Assembly (NCBI GenBank): GCA_002256025.1
Contig: NKIB01015205.1
Location: forward strand, 1-37,713
From: Asterionella formosa
Taxonomy: Eukaryota
Direction of reading: 5' to 3'
DNA length: 37,713 bases
Numbering within the stretch: position 1 is the stretch's first letter; every line of letters starts with the position of its first letter. Of this stretch, positions 21,785-33,026 are shown in pieces. The notes below the pieces were generated by a model. The model was not told where the DNA came from, ran no database searches, and was given only the letters and a program-made list of their open reading frames with translations. The position numbers and the translations under genes were made by a program.

Positions 21785-23000
21785 TCCTGGTCATCCCAAA
21801 CTATTAATTTGGATGATAGAGGTTCCTGATAGGGTGGACTTTATTTCAGTCCCAACTCCCACAATGACTGTTTCATTCACTGTTCGTTTGTCTTCTATAA
21901 TGTATTTGTCCAAGCAAACATGGATGGTTGTGCCACTGTCAAGTAACATCTGATTCTTACAGAAACAAATGAGATTAACTTCCTTTTTGTAACCTAGTTC
22001 CACACACATTGCCACAAACATTCCATGTATAGTTATTGTTAGTTTCTTGTGTTATATTAGTTTTAATTTTTGCACTATTGCTAGTGCATTCTCTTGCAAA
22101 GTGCCCCTTTTCTTGGCCTTTAAAAACACTTGATTGTCTTTCATTTCTCTTTCTGCTCAGGAGTTAACTCTTTCATAGTGCCCTTGCTGCGGCAATCACT
22201 GGCCTTGTGGCCATACTTGCCGAATTTCCTGCAATCTCCTTTGAACTTGCCCTTAAAGACAAAGGCTTGTTCTCTTGTTTGTCTTGCCAACGCTGTGAAC
22301 ATATAATTCAAAGTACTAGTCATGTATGCCCATTTTGACTCCTTCGATTTTAAGTGCATATTGTGCAAGATCAAACTTTGTAGGAATCCGGTAGATTGTT
22401 GATAATGTGTGCCATGTGTGCAACGTCCGAAATCGGCAAGTTAGTGTGACTCAACCGTTCTTGAATACAATCAAGCTCAAAATATCAGATGTCAGGCAGG
22501 GTTCTTGTTTTCTCCAATTGTGCACTTCATCCATGCACTGGACTGTGCAATTGCGCTCACCATGTTGGCAGACTTGTAAGCACTGACTAGTTTCTCCCAT
22601 GCTTCAGATGCATTTCCATTGTGAAACTCAACTCTCCTTGCTCCATTCACATGACCAAGTTTTGACATAGTACCACCATAATCAGGCTTGCATATGATGC
22701 AACAGTGTGATTATACCTGTTGTAGTAATAGTACTTATACCTATTGTTGCTTGCCTTCTGGCTAGTTTTCGTTATTGACCTTCCTCTGTCAATTCTCTCT
22801 GTTTCTTAAAATAATAATCTTACTCTAAAAGCCTAGTTTCAATCCCATTTATCACACTTGGAGAACCTGTTCTTCGTGTTCCTTTTTGTTGATGCAAACC
22901 TTCTTCTGATTGACTTGAAAAATTAATCTTGTTAGCTACCAGTAGTTTCTTTACATTGGAATGCTCCATTTGATTCATTGGACTTCAATCGAGTCCACAA
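21785..23000 (-). pseudogene. Copia-type gag/protease relic
   Basis: GNASEAWEKL gag motif (~22590-22620), zinc knuckles CRKFGKYGHKASDC and GHFAREC, and protease LLDSGTTIH. Many stops. Confidence 0.7.
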
Positions 23001-23173
23001 TTCTCGTGGCACATACCGGCAATACCCATTAAACTTGAAAATAAAGATAAGAAATACTCCTGAGTAGGTTTGTAAAAGACTTACGACATCGTCCTGCCAT
23101 ATTCGTCATCCCTCATCAAAGCACACGATTACACCAACTCTGCATTGCCTCTGCGCGAATCCCTTCTCCAAAG

Positions 23174-24421
23174 ATGACTGACGCACGGAAAAGGAGGCTC
23201 GTTTTGACGTTGTATCGAAAAATATTGCAAGCAACCAACGAAATAAATCCAGAGATTCCGCTGCGCCCGTTCCTCCCTCTCACTGCCAATCCTCTCATCG
23301 TAGAGTCCATTGATAATGTAGCGGAACTAAAGCACTTCATTCGAATCGGATTCCGAAAAGAGACCGGAGATCGGGACAAGTCACTGAAAGAGGCGATGCA
23401 GACGTTGAAACAACTTTACCAAGTTGGCGAGAAACTGAAATTCTTCAGGCTTGCCGACGATGACAAAGTAATCCACGATACAAGCGACAGCTCGGAATCC
23501 ATGAAATCACATGGCGATGAGTGGACTAGAAAAGAAATTGATCAGGTTGAATGGTTGCCGGCTGTCGACGAGAGCCATTCCTCGCCATTGACCGATCCCG
23601 AATATACCATCTTGCCACTGTTTCCACTTTCTGGACCTAGCTATAATCCGTCCGGCCCACTTCCTCGATTTTCCAGTCTCTCTGATGTACCAACCCCGGG
23701 AACGGAGATAAGTCTAAACATCTTCGAACCTCGGTACCGGAAAATGTACAACGACATCATATCCAGTGGACTGCGCAAGTTTGCCGTCCCGTTTGCACAT
23801 CCCACAATCCCAGGAAAATTCGCAGCTTATGCACTCCTCTACGAGATTATGCAAATAAAGGAAGTATCAGATGAAACCAACGGGCAAATCCAATATGTTT
23901 GCAATCATCTTGTCACGAAACCAGTGAAAATGAAAGCGATCATCAATCCCGACGCTTGGGTAACGAAAGAAAGTTATTTGAAGATCAATGGCGTGATTAT
24001 GGACGAAGATCTAATTAGCTCTGAGCAACTAGATCCTCTCATCGCAGTAGTCTCGAAATGGAATTCTCAAGGTGACCAACCACTAGCAAGGCGATTATTG
24101 GAAGGGCTCAAAATTGACGGCATTTGGGGCTTTGTTTCTGTGTGGAATTCACATGTGCAACAGGAGCTTCTACAGATGCAAGTTGGTATTGCTGCTGAAG
24201 TCAAGCTACGATCAATGTTGCTGAGCGATGATGTTTCCGTTCTAGCGGTACAAGCCCCTCATCGAGAGAGATTGCTTTCGTTGCATTTGGATGTGTCATT
24301 GCTCGTACCCACTCTTTTACAGCTCGACAATGCAGGTAAAACAAAACACCTTGTCGGAATAGTTGAAAAGGAACGAAAGAGGCTTAACAACCTTGCTATT
24401 CTCGATAAAATATTAGACTAG
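23174..24421 (+). CDS. Protein with an N-terminal LYR-like motif and a LON substrate-binding (LON-N)-like domain
   Basis: LVLTLYRKILQ...IRIGFR is LYR-like. LPLFPL...PGTEISLNIFEPRYRKMYNDI is the LON-N signature. Confidence 0.75.
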   Translation: MTDARKRRLVLTLYRKILQATNEINPEIPLRPFLPLTANPLIVESIDNVAELKHFIRIGFRKETGDRDKSLKEAMQTLKQLYQVGEKLKFFRLADDDKVIHDTSDSSESMKSHGDEWTRKEIDQVEWLPAVDESHSSPLTDPEYTILPLFPLSGPSYNPSGPLPRFSSLSDVPTPGTEISLNIFEPRYRKMYNDIISSGLRKFAVPFAHPTIPGKFAAYALLYEIMQIKEVSDETNGQIQYVCNHLVTKPVKMKAIINPDAWVTKESYLKINGVIMDEDLISSEQLDPLIAVVSKWNSQGDQPLARRLLEGLKIDGIWGFVSVWNSHVQQELLQMQVGIAAEVKLRSMLLSDDVSVLAVQAPHRERLLSLHLDVSLLVPTLLQLDNAGKTKHLVGIVEKERKRLNNLAILDKILD

Positions 24422-25005
24422 GATGGACTTTCCTCTTTTTTTCTCGAATTGACTCGTCTTTTCATCGAAGATCGTTTCCCTCGCTCAAATTCAGCATACT
24501 CGCACCTCCCAACCAGAAATCTGGCTCCGTTTGTTTGCTCTTGTCCAATGGTCCAAACACATCCACGAATGCTGCAGATGCCAAATTGTTCAGACCAGTG
24601 ATCCGATCGCCTCACTACATGCTCTCCTTCGTCCCAATAGGTGGATCGACTTGATGTAAAATCTGGCTTCCTTTTTGGCGCGTCGCAAACAGTGAAATGG
24701 GCCTTAGTTTTCTTCCAGAAGTTATTCCATGTGACGTGATAGTAGTAGATTCTGTTCAATTCTTTGGGTGGAATATCTTGCACATTGGTAAGAGAAGATA
24801 TTGCCTTTTTATCGTTTTGAGGGAAGTTTTCAACAGCATAAAGAGAAGACGTTGCCGAAAGCGACATATATGAGAAAGTGCAGGGCTTGAAGTAAGCGAA
24901 ACCGTCAACTTGCCCAGCCAATAATGCGAGAATGACGGCCAACATGCCATAATTAGTCGTGATTGTCGACCTTGGGACCATATTCGGCATGTTCTCTTGG
25001 TTCAT
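24418..25005 (-). CDS. Small protein with a signal peptide (likely plastid-targeted) and a bacterial-like domain; start may be 24945
   Basis: MLAVILALLAGQVDG-FAY bipartite-like leader followed by an S/T-rich stretch. Domain NNFWKKTKAHF...PDFTS..STYW...VVRRSDHW...IRGCVW. Confidence 0.65.
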   Translation of the reverse strand: MNQENMPNMVPRSTITTNYGMLAVILALLAGQVDGFAYFKPCTFSYMSLSATSSLYAVENFPQNDKKAISSLTNVQDIPPKELNRIYYYHVTWNNFWKKTKAHFTVCDAPKRKPDFTSSRSTYWDEGEHVVRRSDHWSEQFGICSIRGCVWTIGQEQTNGARFLVGRCEYAEFERGKRSSMKRRVNSRKKEESPS

Positions 25006-27781
25006 CGCACACTAATAAATGCTGTATTCTGTATTGCTAATCGAATGGTCGAGAATACCACTCATCATTTTGGTCGTATTCAATACTTATGGGCGGAGCA
25101 ACTTGTCTGTTCACAACGAAGGGCAAAGCCTTTCCAAAATCGTATCTATGTGTAATTTGTTGCTCATTCTAAACAACACCTACGATGCTATGAAAATGCT
25201 ACATGGTAGGTATACGATTCATCTGCCGATATTTGCTTCTTACATCGACATGAAAAAACAGCCAAGCATTGCTGAAGGCAATTTTCCCGCTCCAGCTATC
25301 GTCTTGCCAATATAAGTAATTTTTAGGCTCTAAGTAATTTCTAAGTAATTTTCTTTTAGGGGCAATATGGGACACATCGAATTTTTTGGGAATAAAAATG
25401 CCGTTTTATTAGCATGACAGCCAGAATAACGGTAATAGAAATAGACATGGTAAAACAAGCATCAAACACACAAGAATGATTGTAACATGCAATATCAATG
25501 AAATTTGAACATGATGTTTGGAGCAACCAAAGTATGTTATACAATGAATGTAATAAGTAGCATCAAATGAGAAATAGAAATTATTGTTTTGGGTTAGAAA
25601 TAAAGTAAAAAATAGGAGTTTCAGTGGAGACCTATGCATTGCAGTACTTACAAAGGCAAAATTCCATCACACAATCGAAGAGCGAAATAAAACAGATAAG
25701 AAGACAAAAGCTGAACCCAATTGAGATCTGCATAATGATGTAGTGTAGATGATCTGGTTGTCGCAACCATGAACATCACTGTAGTAAACACAAGTTGCAG
25801 TCCTTCCGCCCACGGTCCCTCCTGCCACCAAACAACTCTGATCATTCCATTCCATTCTGAGCAAGCGTGATCGCCAGGCTGCTCCACATTTGACTCCCTC
25901 TAGCTGAATGCTGATATGTAGCTTGTGATACGAACTCTGAGTAGAAAGGTAGCAAAGCGCATTTTTCCTAAATTTCTAACCGAAAAAATTCATTTCTCAT
26001 TTGATGATACGAGAAGACAAAGACAAAAACAATGAGTTGGAAGCCCTGGAATCACCAATTGTTGTTGTGGATAATTCAAATAGAACCACCAGATGTGGGG
26101 CGTGCCAACACGGAAATCTTTAACCCATTCCACAGCCACTCACCATCCAATTCTCAGGCTGACGCAAGAAGTGTAGTCATACTAGAGAACTGAGCCAAGA
26201 AGAACAAACCTACCACAAAAAGTTTAAACTACTTCCACACAAGGAAGTGACCACCACCCAAACCTTTCCACCGCCACACCTTATATGGGCCATGAAGCGC
26301 AATGCCGGCAACTCTGGTAATAGAATATAGTAGACTAGGAACTAGGAATGCGCTATAAAAATGATTAAAAAATATTTAATTGTATTCTTTCCGGTCACCA
26401 TCATGAAACAACAATCCACAACAACACGAGCAATGAAAATGACATTTGTGATGAAAATATCCTTGGACTGAGATCTATTTCAACAATCGAAACTTGTTGT
26501 GGCGCAATTATCAAGCTGAATGCTGCAGGCTCAGGCAGTGCTGGTCTTGATATTATCGGCTTGCCGGAAGTAGAATCATCTGATGCCTCATGACGCAGAA
26601 ATATTATGTGCATGTCATAAATCTGGTCGAATAATCATAGAAGTGGCTGATAGGGTTGGCTTATATAAATCTCCATCACAATCCAAGTTGTAGAGCCTAC
26701 ACAAATTATTACCATTGTAGGATTAGGTACAACATGTAAACACACTAGGAATTACTATTGATGCCATCACAAAACTCGGGCGCACCAGTGCACAAAAAAT
26801 AGAAATTCGATTGATCATAGAAACCGTTTGAACGGACAACAATATGTTGCTATTTACGTTTTAGACTATGGGAAAACGGTGGTGAAGTTAGTTTTCTCAT
26901 AACGTTGGATGATCAAAAAGGGGCAAATGTCTTGTACTCCCCTCTACTAAGTAAAATCAGTTCTTGCTTGCTTTGTAGATTGAGGGGTACGAGACACAAA
27001 AAAATGCCGGTCATTGGGGTACCCGGCACCGCTATATTTGCAATATCATAAACATCACATACTATCACTTACTCTATGGCTGGGATATATGAAATGCTCA
27101 GGGTACCCGAAGTAGCCCTTGTAGACACTAGTATAATTATTTAGCCTCGATGTTGCGATTTGTTTCTATGCATAAAACGCTAAAATGTAGTTGTTCTTGT
27201 GAGCAACTGAAGAATAATGGCTGCATCATGTCATCTCAGCCTTGACCATGATGAAAATAACAAATATCTCCATGAAAAATAAAAATGAGGCTTTGCTATT
27301 TGGTCCATATATTAAGCATGACATAGACAATACAAGCAGTCATAAAAGAATAATTTTAATAACTCTAATGTTGACAACGACAAGGAAAGTTGCCTATGGA
27401 ACATTTTTTAAATCTAATTTAAAGCTAGATTCACAATTCAAAGCGATTCAGCACCGGGGGCACCACGTGTACAGAAAACCTTCTTGCGCCACCTAGCCTC
27501 AAAGAACACATGTACGCTGGTACCGTATACTTCAGTGCTGTCCTGGAATCCCCCCTGTCTATTTCACAGTTTATTATCATGTACGGAGTACCAGGCACGC
27601 CTATGTTACTCCCGATAGTATGAATGTAGAAGGCATCGCTTTTAGTATCCTAACAACAAAATGATGCATTTCCATCTTTATTCAAATATGAAAAGTAAAC
27701 ACGATCGATTTGTACACCTGCCTGTACAGATAGTTGGTCTCTTCCTGTGTACAAAGTTGCTTGCTTGACGTCAACATGTTG

Positions 27782-27912
27782 AAGTTAGCAGTCAGCGACT
27801 GCATGTCAGTACTAGTCAGCAACTGAAGTCAGCAGTCAGCGAATATTTCAAATTTTCAGCAAATCAAGTCAGCAGTTAGCAACAAGAAGTCCGCAGTCAG
27901 GGGTAGTCAGCG
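27782..27912 (+). repeat. Degenerate short tandem repeats (AAGTCAGCAGTCAGC)
   Basis: About 5 imperfect copies, near 27782, 27803, 27826, 27866 and 27887. Confidence 0.7.
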
Positions 27913-28513
27913 ATTCTGCGGTGAAAGGTGGCAGCGCTTTTCCGTTTGAAAATTTATAACGGTTACAGGTAGTATAAATACATGGAATATTTTGAGATTT
28001 TTCATCATTTTGGAATTCGTGAGCCGGTCAGACTTCCAATGAAGTAGGTTGAAACCGCTACGTGGAAGTTTTAGTTTATAGTGCGCGCAATTCACTGATT
28101 ACCGGACCTTCCTGGTCAATACTTATTTCTGTATCAACAGCAGCAATCAACTATAATTTCTATGAAGAGCAAAGTAAAATGTCAATGATGCTATCGCAGT
28201 ATTAATGTTGTTGTCATATCTTTTCAAACTATGTTTACATTATTTGACTATAGCTATTGCAACCAATAGGACAAGTTGTAAAAATCGCTGAATAGCATGC
28301 TGATCTTGAATCACTGCTCTGCTTGCTTACGTTGGCAACCTTCAATCAATTGCTTAAACAGACTATAAATATCAAGTAAAATTTTATAGTACGCTATTAT
28401 GAACTTGACAATTGTGGAGGTTGTGAAGTCGCACTTGGCCTAAAAGAGGGCCTTAGACCTGCTTGATGTCTGCCACACCAGCCGGAACCCAAGGAACTAC
28501 ATAAAAAAGCAGG

Positions 28514-28576
28514 TGGAGAATGCGGGAATCGAACCCGTCACCTCAGAAGGTGAGCTAACCAACTAAGCTATTACCC
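28514..28576 (-). pseudogene. tRNA-Ala-derived truncated sequence (pseudo-tRNA or SINE head)
   Basis: The minus strand reads GGGTAATAGCTTAGTTGGTTAGCTCACCTTCTGAGGTGACGGGTTCGATTCCCGCATTCTCCA. It has an A box, a B box, a G3:U70-like pair and T6 six nt downstream, but no normal anticodon arm. Confidence 0.7.
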
Positions 28577-28709
28577 ACTTAAGCAGACTATAAAGTTTTA
28601 TTTCTAGTCACACGCTACACTTTTTGACCAATATATAGTTGTCAAACACTTGCATTTCAACCGACTGAATTAGTTGCATGACGCTCAAGCTAAAATCATG
28701 TACCTGGTA

Positions 28710-29052
28710 CCGAAAAGCGCTTCAGCTCGACAGCAAGCAACATGATCGAACAAGCGTGATTGTAAGTACAAAGCTGGTCATACAAACAAGACAAATTGCA
28801 GCAAATTCAGCTTTACTATTGCTACGAGGCTTGCCTAAATGGAAAGTCTTTGCTTTTTCAATAGAAGACAACCTTCATCTGACAATAAACTTCTTCATCT
28901 GAATATCAAGTCTCGAAAGCATCAAAGTTCGCTTTCCAGCAACAAATTTGGCTGGCGCTGATGACATACTTATGTGCAACAGTCTTGATGTTGCCAGGGA
29001 GTTCCCATGCTTCATCCATGATGTTTTCTTGTAAGGTGAAGAACTTTCTCAT
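28710..29052 (-). pseudogene. pogo-like transposase N-terminal HTH fragment
   Basis: MRKFFTLQENIMDEAWELPGNIKTVAHKYVISASQICCWK resembles the CENP-B/pogo N-terminal HTH (GNxxATARKYxVxxxQIRxWK). Stops occur downstream. Confidence 0.6.
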
Positions 29053-29338
29053 TTTTCACTTTTTGGAAATAGTTGTCATACTAATATAGAACTAATAAAA
29101 TCTACTCAAGTCTAGAATAAGCAAAATCTCATCATATGCCATATTTCTGGACCCCTATTTAGTAAAATCAGTCAAATTCAGTCACGGCAGTGTACACAGG
29201 GGGGGGGCAGGACAATTAAGTTTAGGGTGCTACTCCGAATGTATACCGATATGATTTACTGAACAGCACCCGATTCTTGTTTCTTTTCTACTGTTGTTGA
29301 TCTTCACTTTCCTCTTGCTTGGCAATCTCCCAATCACA

Positions 29339-30538
29339 ATGCATCAATTAGCTCAGAAAATTGCAGTGGCATTGCTGCTTCTGTCGCATTCTATTTGTTG
29401 CTTGGCAAATCAGTCTTCCAACAAAATCCAACATTTCTCGGCTGGCGCTGCCACAAGCGAACAACAATGTGGCAACGCTTGCAACAACGAAAGACTTTTG
29501 CATATTTTAACAAGTTCTCCAACTTTTGCTCCCGTCACTCTGCATCCGACAACAGCACATACTTATTCCTATGCTTCTACTAATTCGCTTGACTATTTTG
29601 TCGCTGCTTTTTTTTTCATTGCGGCGGCTTGGCTTTTATTGGCCCTGTTGTACAGTGTTTTAGTGATCGTGATTATCAGACGTCGAATGAGAGGTGAATT
29701 GGATATCGATGACGAAGATTTTGGGCGCATGTACTTCTTTGGGCGTCGCTGTTTCATTCCCATGGGGTGTGTGCTACGGCAATATGTGAATGTCCTCACG
29801 GAAAGACAAAACCAGGGGACAGAACAAACACTGCGAAATATGTCCAGAGAAGAAAGGAGGGCAGCAATGGAGATACTGCTATCTCGAGGAACAAATGTTG
29901 CATGTGAAAACGATTCTGAAGTTATCGACCAAGAGGTACACAGCGACAAAGCCGTGGAAGCTCCCCCGAACAGTAACGCGGGCCAGGATCAAAAGAGCAA
30001 CTATGGATTGGAACCCATAGACTATGCAACCGACAATACCCCAGCAGGGATTGACAACGATTCGATTGATGTACAGACTTGCAGTATTTGTTTAATGGAG
30101 TACGAAAATTTCAATGAAGTTTTTATTTCAAGGACATGTCGCCACCTCTTTCATCATAATTGTATATGTGACTGGTTGGAACGACGGGCCAACACAGAGT
30201 GCCCTTGTTGTAGAAATCCTCTTGTACTTGAAACTGAAGTTTGGGAGAAAGTAAAAGGATTGCGACGAGAACGACGGAAACGAAGTCATCAGCAGCACAG
30301 AATTTGTTGTTTGAGTCAACTTTGTTGCTGTCCTGTGAAGCCCATCGAAGGTGGTGGTGACAACAACGCAGATGGCAGCAGTAGTGATGAAATTCATGGC
30401 ATTGGCACTGAGAGATTATCTGATCAAATTAGCAGTGAGCTGACATTTCCGGAGAGCTCGTCCTTGCCTGTTGCTGACATTGAAATGGGACACTTTGATA
30501 TTGCTTTAGTCTCTATGGAAATACGCGATCCTCCCTAG
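29339..30538 (+). CDS. Signal peptide plus transmembrane RING-H2 E3 ubiquitin ligase (ATL-like topology)
   Basis: CSICLMEY...CRHLFHHNCICDWL...CPCCR (C3H2C3). TM segment YFVAAFFFIAAAWLLLALLYSVLVIVII is followed by RRR. Confidence 0.87.
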   Translation: MHQLAQKIAVALLLLSHSICCLANQSSNKIQHFSAGAATSEQQCGNACNNERLLHILTSSPTFAPVTLHPTTAHTYSYASTNSLDYFVAAFFFIAAAWLLLALLYSVLVIVIIRRRMRGELDIDDEDFGRMYFFGRRCFIPMGCVLRQYVNVLTERQNQGTEQTLRNMSREERRAAMEILLSRGTNVACENDSEVIDQEVHSDKAVEAPPNSNAGQDQKSNYGLEPIDYATDNTPAGIDNDSIDVQTCSICLMEYENFNEVFISRTCRHLFHHNCICDWLERRANTECPCCRNPLVLETEVWEKVKGLRRERRKRSHQQHRICCLSQLCCCPVKPIEGGGDNNADGSSSDEIHGIGTERLSDQISSELTFPESSSLPVADIEMGHFDIALVSMEIRDPP

Positions 30539-30764
30539 CTGCAGCAACTCTGCGACTCGTAGCCTTTCGAAGTCCTGTTATAACTGCAATTTGTTACAAG
30601 GACAGAATAATGGGTGGCTGTGGTAGAGAAATGGAAAATGCTTATACATAGTAAAACTGTTGATGCATTCATTCACGGCCTAGAAGCAGGTTCTTAATTG
30701 GGAAAAGATCTAAATGCCTAACCATAATACAAAGTTAAGTTGTGCAAAGATTGAAAATGTTACT

Positions 30765-31697
30765 TTATTCTTCTTCATCATCATCGTCGTCAGCCGCGAG
30801 TTCAGCATTCTTGGCGTCCTTTTTGACTTGGACGGCAGCCTTACGCTCATCCCAAGTGAGCTTGCCCTTGCGCTTGAAAGACTTGTCAGGTGAAAAATCT
30901 TTCTTCGGTGCTGCACTGGGGTCTTCACGAATGGCTGTGTGGACACTTTCGTAGAGTTCCTCGAGACCATCGGCGGCAACATCTGCGGCGATGTAAGCCG
31001 CAAAGTGCTCCTTGTATTTTTGGTTATCTTCCTCGTCAAGGTACTCCATGTACTCACCGACATGTCCTCCCATAATACGTTCACGGTGCATGTCAGCGTC
31101 ATATTCCTTCGATTCACGGTCAAATCCGGGGAAACGCTTCTCTGAGTGAGGAATGTCCAAGCCACCATCCGACGCTCCCTTCAAAGCGCCGAAGATACGA
31201 CATCCAGTTGTAGTAGCCTTGGTCCCAACATCGAGAAGAGCTCTGAAAGGGCGCTTATCGTCATCAACCTCAGAGACATAGTATTTCTTCTTCTTATATT
31301 CCGTGGTGGCGATGGCCCCATCGACGTCGGTGTTGCCCTCATATACATCATCAAGGCCAATCTTCTGCAAAAGTCGGCGAGCACAGAGGAGTCCGGTGCA
31401 GTAAGCAGCGGCGTAGTTCTTCAAACCGACAGTGAGTCCGTAGCGAGGGAGCTCAGAAGAAGAAGCCTGGGCGAGGATGCGGTCTCCATCGATAAGAGAG
31501 TAGGCAATCTGGCAGATAACCTGCTTGTTCGTGAAGCGCACAACAAGGCGGTACTTAGGGCTCTGGTACTTGTTCTTGGCTTGGCATACGAGTCGCTTTC
31601 GCTGACGGTAATCAGTCTTTCCTTCGCGACGACGACGGAACTTGACCTGGAATCGCGAGAAATAAGCTCGGTTCTTCTGGACCTTGACGAATGGCAT
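30765..31697 (-). CDS. RPL5: 60S ribosomal protein L5 (uL18)
   Basis: [41 protein letters not shown] and [22 protein letters not shown]. Confidence 0.98.
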   Translation of the reverse strand: MPFVKVQKNRAYFSRFQVKFRRRREGKTDYRQRKRLVCQAKNKYQSPKYRLVVRFTNKQVICQIAYSLIDGDRILAQASSSELPRYGLTVGLKNYAAAYCTGLLCARRLLQKIGLDDVYEGNTDVDGAIATTEYKKKKYYVSEVDDDKRPFRALLDVGTKATTTGCRIFGALKGASDGGLDIPHSEKRFPGFDRESKEYDADMHRERIMGGHVGEYMEYLDEEDNQKYKEHFAAYIAADVAADGLEELYESVHTAIREDPSAAPKKDFSPDKSFKRKGKLTWDERKAAVQVKKDAKNAELAADDDDDEEE

Positions 31698-32182
31698 GTT
31701 GAGGCGTATGTGTGCAGAGAGGTATGTATGTTATTGGTTAGTTTCCAAAACGAAAACCGAGTGAAAACCAGAGGGAAAAGAAAAGCTACAAAGCAAGTAA
31801 ACGAGAAGGGGTAAATCAAAGCAGTCGCATAAGTCGATCAATTTTTGTTCAACTCAACCGGGTTTCCAAACCCAATTTACCTGTAGGCTCATCTTTACTT
31901 ACCGGTAGATACATAGGTACCTGGTAGACTTTTCCCCATCATGGACGAGGCGGCTCCGATTTTGGTTAGTACCTGGCTACCAGGTAACAGTACCCCCTAG
32001 TAGTGTAAATTCGGTGCTGCCTTGTGTTTACACGCCACACTCTCCTGAACCCGTACCGGTATGTCCGCGGCACGATACTTGAAAAATATTTCACCGAAAA
32101 AAAAATCACCGAAACACATCGCTTCGCACTGTCGCCGCATTGAGAAGGAAGCAACAGGGTCCATATATCATAACCTTCTACA

Positions 32183-33026
32183 ATGGCGAGCCACGTCGAG
32201 AGCTACTTTGCCAAGATTTCCAATAGTATTCTGGAGGCTGCTGAGCAGATTGTGGCGCGATTCGATGAAGGCCTGGCGGTGATAACATCTGGAAAAATTC
32301 CCGACAATGCCAACCTTCCACCTAATTTACAAAATGATGTCCTCGGATCTGACGACGTGACAATGGAGATGGAAGAAGAAATGCTAGGTTCTCCCCTAGA
32401 GGGAATGGCCGATAGTGTGCTGAAAGATATTCTGAAGGGGCAATCGGTAAGATTCCTTCGTCCCTGTTCTCAGACCTGATTATTCCTTCCCAGATCAACA
32501 AGCCTTTCTTGTGCACTTCCTCACGTACCTCATTATTCAATCACAAACAATCCAGATTGGCCCACAAACACCCATGGAACACATCAATGCATTTAGATCA
32601 GCCATAACTTGGAACGAGCCCTTTATTATTGGTTTAATTGCCTTCCAGGTAATCATGTTTACCGCAGCTCTTTACGTTTCGAAACGCGATAGAGGAATTG
32701 CCCCACGCCTCACAGTCATGGTCATGATTGGGAGTTTGGTGAAACTATCGCAGCATATCAACTCATATGCCGCAGAGAATTGGGCGTCCTTCGCGACGCA
32801 AAATTACTTTGATAAGCGAGGGGTGTTTATTGGGATCATGTTTTGTGGTCCTCTATTGCTGAATTGCTTTATGATGCTATTTCTTTTCTTGCGAGAGGCC
32901 TCGCAGTTGTTGATTGAAGTAAAGAAATACGAGATTAAGAAACAGAGGGAAAAGGAAGCCAAAGCCAAAGAAGGTGGAAATACTGCTGGTCGAAGGAGCA
33001 AAAAGTCGAACAAGAAGAAGGATTAA
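32183..33026 (+). CDS. TMEM18: Transmembrane protein 18 homolog (exons 32183-32446, 32556-33026)
   Basis: WNEPFIIGLIAF and INSYAAENWASFATQNYFDKRGVF motifs plus a basic C-terminal tail. Phase-0 GT-AG intron. Confidence 0.85.

Larger units (their letters stand above)
27115..29230 (-). mobile_element. Old, nested, inverted relative(s) of the 3-650 pogo element
   Basis: 29017-29230 aligns by eye with reverse-complemented 1-238 (29161-29196 is identical to 33-68). 27115-27395 aligns with reverse-complemented ~240-520. A further TIR-like end is at 27521-27556. Confidence 0.75.

Noticed and set aside
25300..27000. Short ORFs, a TAAGTAATTT triplet at 25313-25341 and a TIR-like hairpin at 26928-26996
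   Set aside because: Probably decayed gene or TE debris; I could not support any family assignment.
27100..27132. Hairpin plus CTAG|T resembling a Helitron 3' end
   Set aside because: CCTTGTAGACACTAG aligns with internal sequence of the pogo MITE (reverse complement of ~507-521) and the homology continues past it, so it is not a terminus.
27782..27912. Spaced repeats superficially like a CRISPR array
   Set aside because: The units are short and degenerate, the spacing is irregular, the context is a eukaryotic TE, and there are no cas genes.
28514..28576. Functional tRNA gene, or primer for the LTR elements
   Set aside because: It lacks an anticodon loop, and its sequence is not complementary to either PBS.
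30710..31819. Long alternative-frame and antisense ORFs over RPL5
   Set aside because: They are shadows of the strong codon bias of a highly expressed gene and have no motifs of their own.
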